This document shows, in pieces, positions 27,200 through 41,554 of a DNA stretch of 64,000 bases. Position numbers and translations under genes: made by a program. The stretch spans positions 69,750,001-69,814,000 of the forward strand of contig OX597816.1 in the NCBI GenBank assembly GCA_951406725.2. The letters run 5' to 3'. Numbering within the stretch: the first letter of the stretch is position 1; each line of letters opens with the position of its first letter. Below the pieces are notes generated by a model. That model was not told the DNA's origin and did not search any database. It saw nothing but the letters and a program-made list of their open reading frames with translations. The DNA comes from Octopus vulgaris. Taxonomy: Eukaryota.

Positions 27200-27851
27200 A
27201 AAAACCTAACAGAAATTTAGTCACATTGGGCATGATCCGAAAAGTTCTGTCCTTGTGTTTAGACATGTAGTAGGGTCTAAACTGCTTTTCCAGATCAGCC
27301 ATCTCTCCATGTCGCATAGACCGCACCTTCCGCTGCCGTTGGTATAGGGCTTACATCTGGCCAAAATCTTCCAATGTATGTTATAATCGACACCTTTATC
27401 TCTTTAAGACCAAATATGATTAGATAATTGTATCGCTTTTCTTTTGTTCCAGTTCCTAAAGCTCAAAGTGTGGTTATTGAACCTGGCCTTGAAGTTACCC
27501 TCTGTAAGGCCCACGTATTTCTTCGTCGAAACGGTGTCTTTAGTGGTTATATAGAGTCTACGGTAGCTTCATATATGATGGTCTTGGACATGCAAGCTCC
27601 ATTTAGCGGGCACAATTTTTATTCCTGCATGAACAGCTGTTTTCTTGTTGTGTTTTTTGTATGTTATGTTTGATTATGTTTTTAAAATTGGTAGTGGAAC
27701 TAAAACTAATTTTTAAATTGACTGAAGAGTTTCCTATAAGTATGGTTAACTTGGAAAATGTCTATCTATCAGTGCTAGGAAATATTTACCTATATTGAAG
27801 GCCACCTCGGTTGAGGAAGGGGGCGTAAACCAGATGACCTTCCTATTTCTA
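27200..27851 (-). pseudogene. PLE RT-thumb, Cys linker and GIY-YIG endonuclease remnant
   Basis: RKVIWFTPP..NIGKYFLALIDRHFP; CSC..CPLNGAC; IIYEATV..KYVGLTEGNFKARFNNH; RCGLC; LNTRTEL; with frameshifts and stops. Confidence 0.88.
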
Positions 27852-27915
27852 TTATTCCAGATTTCTATTATTTCTATTATTATTTCTATTATTCTTTTGT
27901 TATCTTACCGTTTTA

Positions 27916-27996
<81 letters not shown>

Positions 27997-28735
27997 TCTC
28001 TAAAACTGAGTACTCTATGCCTCGCTTCTGGAGTCTAGTGAGATTGAATGATGGTCATTTCATTCACCCGTTGTCTTTAAGGAACATACTTATTTGCATT
28101 TACTTAATATTATGCAAAAATATGTAAACTTATGTCCCTGACGTTATGTCCCTTGCTTGTTCAATTTTTGAATTGTACACAGCCCAAGATCGATTTTTTT
28201 CTCTAGTGATTGCATATTCTTGGTTTTTCGACATATATTATTATGTATACACTATCTTAATGTCCGTCTAGTTCAGTATGCGTCCCCAGTGCGTCTCGTC
28301 CCAAAATGTTTGAGGGGCTCTTGATATACTAAAAAATAGTAGTTAAACATTATTGATAAGGAAATATACTCTTGATAATTATATATATAAACGCCCTAAA
28401 GAGGCGTTTATCAAAACATGCTTTATGATAAAAGAACTAAACAACAAATACAGCAAACTGAGATGTACGTATCTTTATTAATTACTGCTCTTGGGTCGAG
28501 AATTAGCATTTACACCCGCAAAATACTTCCATTAAGAACGATGAATAAGAGAGGAGTAACAGAATATGTTGTTGTTATAAGTGTATGATCATTTGCACCG
28601 AAGAATAATTTAACTGATGCTTACGTTAGAAACTCTTGAATCGAAGGAAAGCACATTTGGTTTCAATGGGATTTGAACGTTGAACATAAAATGTTAAAAA
28701 GTATATGCCACGTTATGAAGACACACTATAATACC

Positions 28736-28963
28736 TATTTCTTTAGTACCCACAAGGGACTAAACACATAGAGGACAAGGACTGACACACGGATTAAATC
28801 GATTACATCGCCCCCAGTGCGTAACTGGTACTTATTTAATCGACCCCGAAACGATGAAAGGCAAAGTCGACCTCGGTGGAATTTGAACTCAGAACGCAAC
28901 GGCAGACGAACTACTACTAAGCATTTCGTCCGGCATGCTAACGTCTCTGCCAGCTCGCCGCCT
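28736..28963 (-). mobile_element. SINE family B monomer
   Basis: Full head and body; imperfect 16-bp TSD at 28720-28735 and 28970-28985. Confidence 0.88.
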
Positions 28964-30942
28964 TTTTACGACACGCAATAATACCGTCTCCTCCTCTCTT
29001 ACGTGTTTCCATTCTACCACAAATTCCTGTGACCGCCAGCTATACATAGTGAAAAACAAAATATTCATAAATGATGTTATTGATAATTTCTGTTGATTTT
29101 CTGTTTCCAGATGTACCAGAATATGTTTTATAAATACGCTAAAGCATTTTTCTTCGTTCCATGTTAACCATCATTAAAACTAAATAAAAAATATATGTTT
29201 AATAGGCTATTAATTTAAAAAAAAAACATTGTGCTTCAGCAACTGTTGACAGTTTTTCACTTGCAAAAAATGGTAAATATGTCCCTTTAAATATAATAGT
29301 TGATCTCAAATCATTCATCATTCAACTACATTTTGCGTCCCCTATAGAGAAAAGTTATATTGCTATATGATCGTAGATGTGCGAAGGAATTAAAATATTC
29401 TCTCATTCGTTTTTTGCTGTTTGTTGTTGTTGTTTTTTTGTTAGTTTGTAACGAGTTTTACCTGTTAGATCCAATTATCTGAGAAGCAATTCAGTCTTCT
29501 CTGGTCAAAATTGGTTTTGGGATAGAAATGAGATTTTTGCGTCTTGATGTTTCTTTGCTTACATAAGTTACTTTAAATTTTTTATGTTTTTGACATTTAG
29601 ATTTATTGTGGCAAATACATTATACAGAGATGTAATATCCTGGCGAGCTGGAACTGCAGCGGATCTAAATATTTGGTTGTCGCCATTTCATTTCACTTCG
29701 AATACTAATTCCTTAGAATAGACATAAATGCCACAGTTTTACATCTTCCTTCCTCTAAAACTATAAAATCCTGTACTTACACAACTGATTTCTTCATTTG
29801 TCAAACGAAAACGTGTTGATGTTGCAGTTGTTGTTGTAGTTGATGTATTGTTTTTGTTTTCTATTTTTATACAAGATATAATCATAGAAGAGAAAAAGTG
29901 TCACCTGTCGTCATTTCTAAAGCCTAGAAGGGAAAATGGAAAATGTTTTATTCAGACTAGTTACACGGTCTAATGTTTTCAAGAAAGTGATTTATACTAG
30001 AATCATCTAAATGCCATATGACGTTACATTAAGAGATGACGGATTAAATATAGCAACTGTAATTCCATATATACTGTTCGTTCGTTGATAGGTTTAAAAA
30101 TCTGAAAAGCTTATTTAAACTTCTTCCGACGGCAACACTTGTTTCATGTTCTAGCGAAAACCCTTGTATTTGTATAGGATAAACCCCGAGTCCTATTCTT
30201 TTTTCTTTAATCACCTAACTAATCTGTCACGGTTACATCTAATATAACAAGTAACGATGGGGGCACATTGCCATAAATGATATGCGCTGAGGGAGCCTAG
30301 CGATTGAAGTAGGCAATATTTTTATTCGTGCATGACAGAAAAAGAAGCAGTCAATCAAGACCCAATCATTCGTAAGAGGAATCGAAAGTTCCCAACAGTG
30401 AGAATGATCAGTACCAAACTTCTTTTCATGTCGTCAACATATCTTAACCCTTAATTTTACTTTATTTTTATTTATTCAATTGCTAATTGTTTGTTTACTT
30501 ATCCTTATACTTTAAACTCATAGTTTACATTTACGAATTTATGTTTCCATCGCTCAAAATCAGTATTGCATAAAATTTCAACAACTTGAGCCCGACTTTC
30601 ACATTCAGTCACTGAACATTCTTTTAAATTTATTTTCTTTTCGCTCCATTTATTTGTCTCTTCCTACTGACCACATATCTGCCATTCATTATTTATCATA
30701 TATCAATTTTTATTTATTCTATCAGTCATGTAAATCAATACCACAATGCTCAACCTGACGTTTTTGTTTTTGAAAATAGTTCAATTTTAGAAGCCTGTTT
30801 CTTTTATAAATCTACTTTTACTATTTAACATTTTTAACTTCATTGTATATATCTACTACTTTTTTCTTTGTGGCCATTGCCCCACTAAAGCACATCATAA
30901 ATCAACTTATTTTCTGTAGCCGAGTCGATGTATTATAATGAA

Positions 30943-31306
30943 CTAACACTATGACCCGGCAACGCGAGGTCATAGTCCTAGTGCCTGCATATACAGCTGC
31001 GTGCGTGCGTACATACACATGAGTACAGTCCAAATCTGCGATCAATCACATACAGCTAACTGGCATTCAATTGGCGTATCAAGTTTCGGGCATTTTGATT
31101 GGGTTGTGGATAGAAAATTCACAAAGCAGTCATTTCTATTGATTTTTTACTGGCTTTGTGGGGTGACTGGGGAAATGTAAAGATATGCATGACCACTCTT
31201 GGACAATTTTAAATGAGCATAGAAAGTGCGAGCGTTCTAACTGAAAAATCGTGGATTTGTATAAAGGACACACACACAGACATTTTGCCGTTTATATATA
31301 GAGAGA
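30943..31306 (-). mobile_element. Non-autonomous Helitron
   Basis: Minus strand starts A|TCTCTCTATATATAAA and ends with a GC-rich hairpin followed by TTAG|T (a CTAG variant); no TSD. Confidence 0.7.
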
Positions 31307-32011
31307 TCATTGTGACAATCCGTATTTTATCTTCCATCACAGCACACATGGATATATGCCTGGCAGTTTTTTCATAATATTTAACCGTCGACCACAACAT
31401 ATTTTTTTCTCTCTCCGTTACTTCGCTCTCATATCATTTTGTTTCCTCTCATCCCATTCTGTCGAAGAATGAAGGATTGAGACGTCAAACACTTACCCAA
31501 TCTTCCTGAGCGTCAAACTCATACACCTTCTCGGTGTTCCCTCATCTACCTTCGTCTTTTATTTACTGTAAATTTCAGCTATACATATATATATATGTGT
31601 GTGTGGGGTGTGGTGTGGTGTGGTGTGTATATGTATTTATATATATACATGCATGTATATATAAATATATATGTATGAATATATATGTATATATATATAT
31701 ATATATATATACATACAAGCATGCATATTTATATGCGTGTGCTTTCATGTAACGTATGTATGTATGTACATATAAGATATAGATATATATGTATGTGCGT
31801 GTGTTTATACGCATATATATATACGTGAGTTATATGGTTTAGCACACCAAACAGAAGTATTATTTTCATATTCTCAAACTTATGTCAGATTTTAAGATAT
31901 CTCTACATGTTAAGATATATAATTTAAGATTTAATGGGAAGATGCGTAATCACAGTATGAATTATTAAATAGTGTACGCTGTTATTTTTCGTGTTTGTTC
32001 TTTCTTGGATT

Positions 32012-32116
<105 letters not shown>

Positions 32117-32269
32117 TGCTAAATTGACTAAGGTTACTCCATCGCACCAGCATTGTTAGAAATAAGTCTGCTAGAACCCTTAGTCACTTTAGTGACAATT
32201 ATACTTCTACCTCTCTGTTGTATATTGGGAATAAGCCACCTTTATTATTATTACTATATATGTATATAG

Positions 32270-32347
<78 letters not shown>

Positions 32348-33737
32348 CTACCCCCTTTGCGAAAATCTACGGCACGTTTTAGTAATGTTTAATAAGTAAT
32401 AGATATATTTGAAAAGAACCATACGCGATATTTCTTTCATTGCTGACATAGTCTATTGTTTTGAAGATATAGCTTTTAACGGACTTTTTTAGTGGTTAGT
32501 TCTTATAATTGCAGAGATTGTATGTTCTAATAGAATTGTATATTTTCAGAAACGTTCTTACGTTTGAGAGAACCTGTTTATTTACAAGCTACTACCAATA
32601 TAAAATCTTTTTCATGCTTAAAAAATGCTACATACTTTAATAGTATGTTTATATTTTGAGATGTATTATATAATTTATTGATGTATAATATAAGAGATAT
32701 TATTTTGAGAAATGCTGTCGCCATTACGATATCCTGATATTTTCAAGTGATGCGGCATAATTTTTTAAAATCTCTCTATTTTGTGATATTGTATCACATT
32801 TAAGAAAAGCTGCATATTTATGAGATGCGATAGACATTACGATATTCTCTACATTTTAAGATACATAATTTAAGAGTTAATGAGAATGTATATAATCGCT
32901 GTATGAATTACCAATGTTGTACGTTGTTACACATGGCTAAACTAGAAGTTATTTTGTTCAACATCATTAACCATATGGACTAAGAGATTAAAAAACAAGA
33001 AACTTGCATAAGTTGAAACTACTTGCTAAAATGTTCTATCTTGTTCAGACATTGGATATCAGCTTAACAATATTTATTCTTCAATGTCAACATTGAATTG
33101 GGTGCCTAATATCTCCAACAAGAATCGCGAACATTAAGGCAGGTTAAGACAGCTACACATCTGTGCGTTTAAAATCAATATCGATTCTTCTTCTGATAAA
33201 ATTGGCAGAGCGAACAGCTAGATATGGTGATGTGCAAAGTGATTAGTAGCTTATTTTCTTTGTTATATACCTTATTTTTTTTAATTATTGACATTATTAC
33301 TGTCAATGGCAAATAAAGATTTGGTTCAGGCACCAATCTGCATAATTAGAAGTAGGTTCAGAAAGCAAATTAAACTCTTCAAGCTGTTAAAGAAATCAAA
33401 TTGACTAACAAATGGTGTTCTAGGCAACTGGCCAAACCACACTTAACTCATTTAATTCCGAATGAAATATTCTGGGCATGTATTCTTCCACCAGTAACGT
33501 ACAGATTTCATTTAACGTAAATTACATAACACTTATTTTTACATTCACAAACTGTTGAACACATATACGAACACACAAAGACACACACATACACACCAAC
33601 ACATAAACACACAATTATTATTATGGTGATAAGCGTTCTGTGTCTCTGTGATTGGGCTTGCACTTCGTGTTATATTTTGTTTAAGTACATGCTTAATTGC
33701 GTCAGAAAGTGTGTGTTTGTATATATATATAAATATA

Positions 33738-33768
<31 letters not shown>

Positions 33769-34327
33769 GTGTATTTAAACAAGCTACTAAGGTCAATGTA
33801 AGTGATGTGCATACGAGAATGCGGGAGCTATTCACGCACGGTATTGCATCAGAGAACATGTCTTTGACCCAGACTCCTAGTGAGACATATCGAGTAGACA
33901 TTTGCTGTTGTCACGTGGTTATCGGTTTAATATGGTTTACCCACAGAGTCTATAAAGGAAAATATGTTTTGTGCCATATCCCATAACGGGTACCTTTCAT
34001 GCTCAAATATATATAATTATTAGTTGTTTGCTTTTATTACAGTCTAACACTGTAATTATTGAAATGAAGTCACACCAGATATTCTGCAATAGAATTCCAG
34101 ATTATTTATTTATTTATTTTGCAGCGAAGTGGTTGACAGTAATCACAAAGTTATAGTTGTTGGGCGGAATTAAGGAGAAGACTTCGATGTCACTCTCAAC
34201 CTTTTCCATATAAATGTTAAAATATGTTCTCTACTAAAAAGCATTGAGGAATCCATCAGTTTCATGTCGAATTGCTTTTCTGCATAACTTTACATAAAAC
34301 AAGAATACACACACACACTCAGACATA

Positions 34328-34894
34328 CACTACCGTCAGAAATTAATTAGCACCCTTGATTTGCTCACCATGAAGCATGGTGGGGGTGGTCTGATGGTGT
34401 GAGGGGCGTTCAGCTACAGTGGTGTTGGGCGGCTCTATGCCGTCGAAGGCAACATCAACGCAGCAAAGTACGTTGAGATAGTACGGGATACCTCTTTGGT
34501 GGCGAGGAGTACGTGCTGGCCAGTCACCTGACCTGAACCCTATTGAGAACCTCTGGAGTCGATTGGGTAGAGATTTGAATGTGCAGCAATACAGGAACCG
34601 ACACGAGCTGTTTGGGGCACTTCTTGCTGCATGAGGGGCCATCCTGCACAGTACCTGCAGGCACTCATAGACAGCATGCCGACCCGCGTAGCAGCTGTCA
34701 TTGCTGCCAAAGGAGGAGCAACAAGATATTGACTAAATTTCACGATTAATAACAATTATGTGGTGTGCTGGGATATGTTTTAATAATTTTTTGATTAAAA
34801 ACGAGTTCGTTTCTGATAATAAGTTAATTAAATTAAGAAAATGTAAGAAAATGTAGAAATTTGAGAAGTGCTAATTAATTTCCGACGCACAGTG
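34328..34894 (+). mobile_element. Internally deleted Tc1-family transposon
   Basis: TA-flanked TIRs cact..cgtc.gaaattaattagcac; peptides KHGGGGLMV, QSPDLNPIENLW, SMPTRVAAVIAAKGGATRY*. Confidence 0.92.
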
Positions 34895-34897
34895 TAC

Positions 34898-34942
<45 letters not shown>

Positions 34943-35043
34943 TATATATACATATATATAAATATATATATATATACATATATATATTTACATACATATA
35001 TGCACACACACACACTCACACACACCACACGCACACACACACA

Positions 35044-35102
<59 letters not shown>

Positions 35103-36845
35103 CAAGTAAATATTGGCACGGATTTCCAGATAAACGTACAAAGAACAGACTACTCTACGCCAGGTGTAGCTTCGCGATTGTCATCATTTCTGAGTTCTTT
35201 TTCATGAGAACACTCCTAAGAACTGCACCAATGCCTACGGCTCTATCCTAATCCAAGTTTTTTTTAAAAAAAAAAAAGACTGCACACTAGTCTGGTACAT
35301 ATGTTGAAATACAATTGATTTTATAGCAGAAAGTAAATCTTCGACAGAATATAATGTATTATAATTATTTAGTTATTTGCTTTCAGAGGATGAAAAGCTT
35401 CCTGGTGTATAAATTTCTGGTCAGAAATTTAAGGCCAGAGAAAGGCGCGATGTGACAGTAAGAAAGAAAGAAGGTTGTGTTTATAACGGAATGGTACTTC
35501 ATTTATCGATCCTCAAATAGTTTAAGTCTACGTTGATCTCGGCTAACTTTGAAAAAACAGAACGCAAAGAGCCAAAACAAACCTCAACGCTACTTATCCG
35601 TATTAAGATTTCGACAGTCAGCCATCTTGCAGAAGTTAATAATAATTAATATTGATTGCTAACATAGAAGCAATGCCTCCTAAGGCGAGAGAGAAGAGAG
35701 AACAGTTGAATATATCAATCACACTATTTGGCGATAACATGTTTTATCGACCCAGAGAGGATCAAATATATGGTCGACCGGACGTGACTAAATACCGCAA
35801 GATAATTTGTCGGTTGTTCTAGTGATACTATCAGTCGACTTTTATATAATATTAATTAGTTTTAACAATAAATTGGTAGAATCGATAAACTAACGGATAA
35901 ATAGCACTGCGTTATGACATACAGTTATTTACATCTTAGTTCTAACCCTCCGAAGAGGAATTTGTTTTCATCGTCCACCGTTCGACAAATTAAGAACTTC
36001 ACAGCTGACACGTCGACGCAATATAACTCGTTCTTCCAACCCCAAACGTCTAACCTTCTGTGTAAGAATCCATCTAAATCATCGAATTTCAGAATCGTTA
36101 GCGCATCGGACAAGATGCCTTGTGCTGTTTAGTTACTGAGGTTCCATTAGTATGCTTAAATCACTCTGATGCTGCCCATGCCTTTTATCACTGTGGGTTC
36201 GATGAAAAATAATAAAGTACCTCATGAATGATGTCGTCAATGTAATCGGCTAAAACCTCTCCACAGTTTGTGGACTGTGTCTCTATTAGAAATCAATATT
36301 ATGCATTAAAAGAGGAGATGAACGGAGCGTAACGACCAACGTGGAATGCCGTGTCTTTATTTTCATCGAATCTAATCTCACTTTGATAAACTGAATAAAC
36401 GTTATGTAGTTCTCATTCTACCGAGTCACTTTCTATGAAAATGCATTAATGGAACTATGTTTATCGCACAGCATCGGGGAGATAATTAAATAATTACTTT
36501 CACCCTGTATTTAATATTTATAGGTAGTTACCTAAATTCGTGTTCAATAAACAAGTATGTACTTTGATCCTGGACGTAACACTTAACTCTCACTGACTTT
36601 TATTTTAATGATTTCAAAATATACACTAGTTTCTTGTGTCTTTGTTGCTTTTTGAGAAATATTAATATATGCGTAACATTATACAGCAGACTGTAACAAC
36701 GTAGAAGCTTATAAAAATCTATTGACTAAAGAAAGTGTTATTTCGATGATCTCATTATTGATTTTAAATAACCCCGCGTTTAGATTGCAACAAAGCCGAA
36801 TATGTTGCCTCAATAAAATACGTTGCAACATAGAAACAAGGATAA

Positions 36846-37230
36846 GGTGGCGCGCTGGCAGAGCCGCTGAGAAGCAAAATGCTTATCAGCTTTTCGCCCG
36901 TTCAAATGCCGCCAAGGTCAACTCTTTTTCATCAATTCGGGGTCAATAAAATAAGTATCAATTCCTCATTTGGGTCGATATAATCCTCTTACCCGTCTCC
37001 GGAATTGCCGGCCTTCTGCCAAAATTTTAAACTGATATAAAGACAAGGATAATGCAGTGAGCTGGCAGAATCGTTACCGTAGCGGGAAAATTGCATAGCG
37101 GCATTTTGTCCGTCTGCAAGTTCTGAGTTCAAATTCTGCCTACGTTGACTTTGCCTTTCATCAGCTCGTTATCGATAGAATAAGTACCAGTTGATCACTG
37201 GAGTTGAAAGAATTGGCTGCCAAAACCTGA
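36846..37230 (+). mobile_element. Two adjacent SINE family B copies
   Basis: Two heads (gcgctggcagag and gagctggcagaatcg); the first copy is flanked by acaaggataa at 36836-36845 and 37043-37052. Confidence 0.75.
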
Positions 37231-38546
37231 AGCTATTATAAGCAGAAAGATAATCCTTTGAGAGAGAGAAGAAGAGAGTAAGGTAGACCGATATATGGAG
37301 AGAAACGAAAAAAGAAAGAGACAGAGAGGGAGTTATAATTATTTGAACAAACACCAGCACTTGGTTTGGTCTATAGTTTTAACGACTCACCCCAGCAGTT
37401 GACCTCATCGAAACTTTATTCGGGTACGTCATTTTGCTTTCTAAAATACTGTATGAAGTTAATCCTATGTTAAACCAATTCTATCAGTCACCACACTTGT
37501 AGGCTGGTATCGATTATAAAATAAAAGCCAGAAGTATTTTTGGATCGATGAAATAAACCACACCTCTTCGCATATATTTGCCGCCTATTTTATCATAAGA
37601 AGTCAAAATTGAGCTGAAGCAACCAAGTACTCCAAGGCTTACAAAACAATGGTTTAGAACATTTCGTCAAGTTACAAAAGACGTTGTTTTTTTATTTTCT
37701 CGAGAACTTAGCAAAATAGTTTCCTCAACATGAGATTCGTTTCCTGAAGTACTTTTCCGCTATTAATTTTTTTTTTATAACAAGTTCTACTTTTATGTTT
37801 GCTTTGCTAAGAATGTCGATAAACAATATTTAACAACATAATGATACGAGGAAAAAAACACATTAAGTATATACTTACGCGCACTTACATATCTATCAAA
37901 GCTTTGTGTGCAACACAGTGTTGACAAATATTTACCATTTTTAACGTTATTAAACATCAACTGTCTGCTACGCAATATAGCTGAAAGTATATAAATCTTT
38001 TTTGTTAACAAATATTCTTCTAAGTCTATGTATTTTTCGAAAGTAGTATAACTATACATATGTGCACACTTGAATATATTTATATACACATTTACTAAAG
38101 TATATGTTTGTGTAGCAGACTAGCTGGTTCCAGACATAATGAAAATTTGATATGATCATTGCAATCTCCAATGTGCTTGCAAGAGATAAACGAAAATATA
38201 GTGTATTATATATTTGATGTCAACAACCGCTATATATATTGTGTGACTATACAAATAGCTGTGTTTAGTTCAGAGACAGCTAAGCAGAGTCGCTGACATA
38301 GTTAGATAACCTCGAGGTAGATGTTGCTACATATTTTCATGTATCAAATGCATATGATGTCCGTTCTTTTCGTTTGTTAAATCACCTAGATATGGATTCA
38401 TAGAACCGACTGTCTACTAATACATTGTTAACTCCCGATGATTATATAATCTACCCCCTCAGGTGACCGTAGCTATGTTAACTTACGATATTTACGTAAA
38501 GTTAGTATACGGCATATATTTACACATACACACACATATATATATA

Positions 38547-38760
38547 TTCTTCTTTCTCTTTTTCTCTTTTACTTCTTTCAGTCATTTGACTGCTGCCATG
38601 CTAGAGTACCGCCTTTAGCCGAGCAAATCGACCACGGGACATTATTTGTAAGCCTAGTACTTATTCTATCGGTCTCCATTACCGAATCGCTATTTGACGG
38701 GGACGTAAACACGCCAGCATCGGTTGCCAAGCGATGCTGTGGGGACAAACGTAGAGCCAC

Positions 38761-38803
<43 letters not shown>

Positions 38804-38955
38804 CGAAGAGCTTCTTTCAGTTTTCCGTCTACCAAATCTACTAACACGGCTTTGGTCGGTCCGAGGGGATAGGAGAAGACAGTTGCCCAAGGTGCCGCGC
38901 AGTGGGATTGAACCCAGAACCATGTGGTTGGTAAGCACACAGCCACTGCTGCGCC
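38547..38955 (-). mobile_element. SINE family C
   Basis: Collinear with 62377-62856; internal (TA)n. Confidence 0.88.
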
Positions 38956-38958
38956 TAT

Positions 38959-39003
<45 letters not shown>

Positions 39004-39009
39004 AGGGTC

Positions 39010-39264
39010 ACTCCGTCGGTTAACACGACGAGAGTCCAAGCTGATAAGATCAACAGCTTGCTCTTGAAATTAATGTGCAACTGCCTGAAGACTCTACAGA
39101 CACGTGTACCCTTAACTCAGTTCTCAGGCAGATTCAGCGTGACACGATGTGTGGTAAGGCTGGCCCTTTCAAATACAGGTTCTACTCATTTTTGCGACGC
39201 GGTAAACTGAACTCACGACCTTACGATCGTGCGCCGTATGCCCTAACCACTAAGCCACGCGTCT

Positions 39265-39268
<4 letters not shown>
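39010..39268 (-). mobile_element. SINE family A with internal deletion
   Basis: cgcgtggcttagtggttagggc head; body matches 46830-47020. Confidence 0.82.
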
Positions 39269-39334
<66 letters not shown>

Positions 39335-39350
39335 AATATGTGTGTGTGTG

Positions 39351-39413
<63 letters not shown>

Positions 39414-39421
39414 TACATACA

Positions 39422-39459
<38 letters not shown>

Positions 39460-40255
39460 TATACATATATATATATATGCATATGTATAAATAACGGTTA
39501 TGTAATAAAGATTGCTTTGCATCCAAACAGAACTTCCGCAAATATCTTCTACGACAATTTCCAGTTGACCTCAGAATACTTTCTGCAGGATTTGGTATTC
39601 TGAAACCGGGAACTGCTCGGAAGTTTCCGAATAGTTCCCGACAACAGAACATTTTCCAGTAATCTAATCAGTAACGTTTAGCCGCGGACGAAACATTATT
39701 TCAGTATACGAGCCGTATTTCGTGCCGTTATGAACGGTGTAAATATGAAAGCAATGCTTACTCCGTTTCTACTCTTTCATTTCACTCATTACAATGCATA
39801 ATCCCGAGTTTAAATAATGAGAAGGGATTTACCTCATGTGTTCAGCAGCTTAATGCTTTGCCTGATCTTCAATATTTGCTCATCAACATATTTTTTACAC
39901 ATATATGATGTTTGCATGCTTTTCGAAGTTAACATGTTCGTAATAGCTCTGTTTTCAATGTTATGCAGTTATTCCAATTCATAAACTACTTATGCTTGCA
40001 TCGGTATTCATTTTCTTTGCACATTGAGAAACGTCTCTGCATCTACCTACTTATCTCTTTCTTTCTCCCTACTTATATACATGCATACATAGACACACAC
40101 GCATATATATAGATATATGCATATACATATATTCATACCTATATGTATATATATATATTTGTATATATAGATATGTATGCTTATATAAATATATACAAAT
40201 ATGTATACGTATTCATATCAATATGTATGTATATATGCATATATACATGTGTGTG

Positions 40256-40314
<59 letters not shown>

Positions 40315-40360
40315 TGTATTTTACATGGAATTGTCGATATGCAGATACACACACACACAC

Positions 40361-40412
<52 letters not shown>

Positions 40413-40419
40413 GAATGCA

Positions 40420-40504
<85 letters not shown>
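40361..40504. repeat. Inverted (GATA)n/(TATC)n microsatellite pair
   Basis: (ATAG)n, a short spacer, then (TATC)n. Confidence 0.92.
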
Positions 40505-41229
40505 GAGTAATTTCTTTTTTATTATGGCAAAGATACTTTAAAATTTTTCCTGAGCCAAGAATGATCTATCTAGATGATAAAATATAGCTGTCATTGTACC
40601 ATGTTTGGGAATATAACGCGAGATTAGCAACCGCCTGTGCTTTCTATATTTTCATCGTCATCATCATCATTTTTATTATCATTGTTGTTGTGGTAATGGT
40701 TGTTGTTGTTAATACTATTATTATTACCAAAATCGATAATGTGATAAATGCACGGGTGTATTGAGAATGTAGGAATTCAGATGTGAAAAATTTGCTAGTA
40801 ACGAGAAGCTATGCAGAGTGGCATAACTGGGGACTCATAAACATATTAATTGCTGTTTAATGTGTATGTCACACTATCGCATCAAAACTATGTCGAATTG
40901 TAAAATTCAGCCATTTGTACACGGTTTCAGTAAGTCAGCCAAATCAGTTTTAGCTTTAGTTATGTAACGATTCTATATGCTGTTAGTTTGGCCGACATCA
41001 GTTCTCTCAGACCAGACCTATGACTATGGTGGTAAATATCCAAACACCATACTTTTCGCAATTTCTTTTATTCGTAATCGAGGAAATGTATTTCAAATAC
41101 AAATACATAGGTTATTTTCTTGAGATAGTAGAGCATGAGGTGGGTGAGGCCAACATGTATTTCTGGTAAGCCTTACCACGTAGCACATACTCACTCCCCC
41201 CACATACAAACACATATAAGAATGCACTC

Positions 41230-41400
<171 letters not shown>

Positions 41401-41495
41401 TAATTATATGACAGCATCTCTGACAGCTGTTGTCGTATGTTATATTTTATAATTGATAATTTTATTAATTACGTCTCCATTTTACCATTATCCTT

Positions 41496-41554
<59 letters not shown>

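Larger units (their letters stand above)
26860..27918 (-). mobile_element. Penelope-like retroelement (Naiad-like), 5'-truncated, flanked by (TA)n on both sides
   Basis: Coding remnant, 3' UTR and a hammerhead fold at 26888-26947. Confidence 0.88.

Noticed and set aside
27200-27851. Possible selenoprotein-type Naiad (UGA at Cys positions, SECIS)
   Set aside because: The linker and CxxC cysteines I can read are TGT/TGC, and no convincing SECIS is visible
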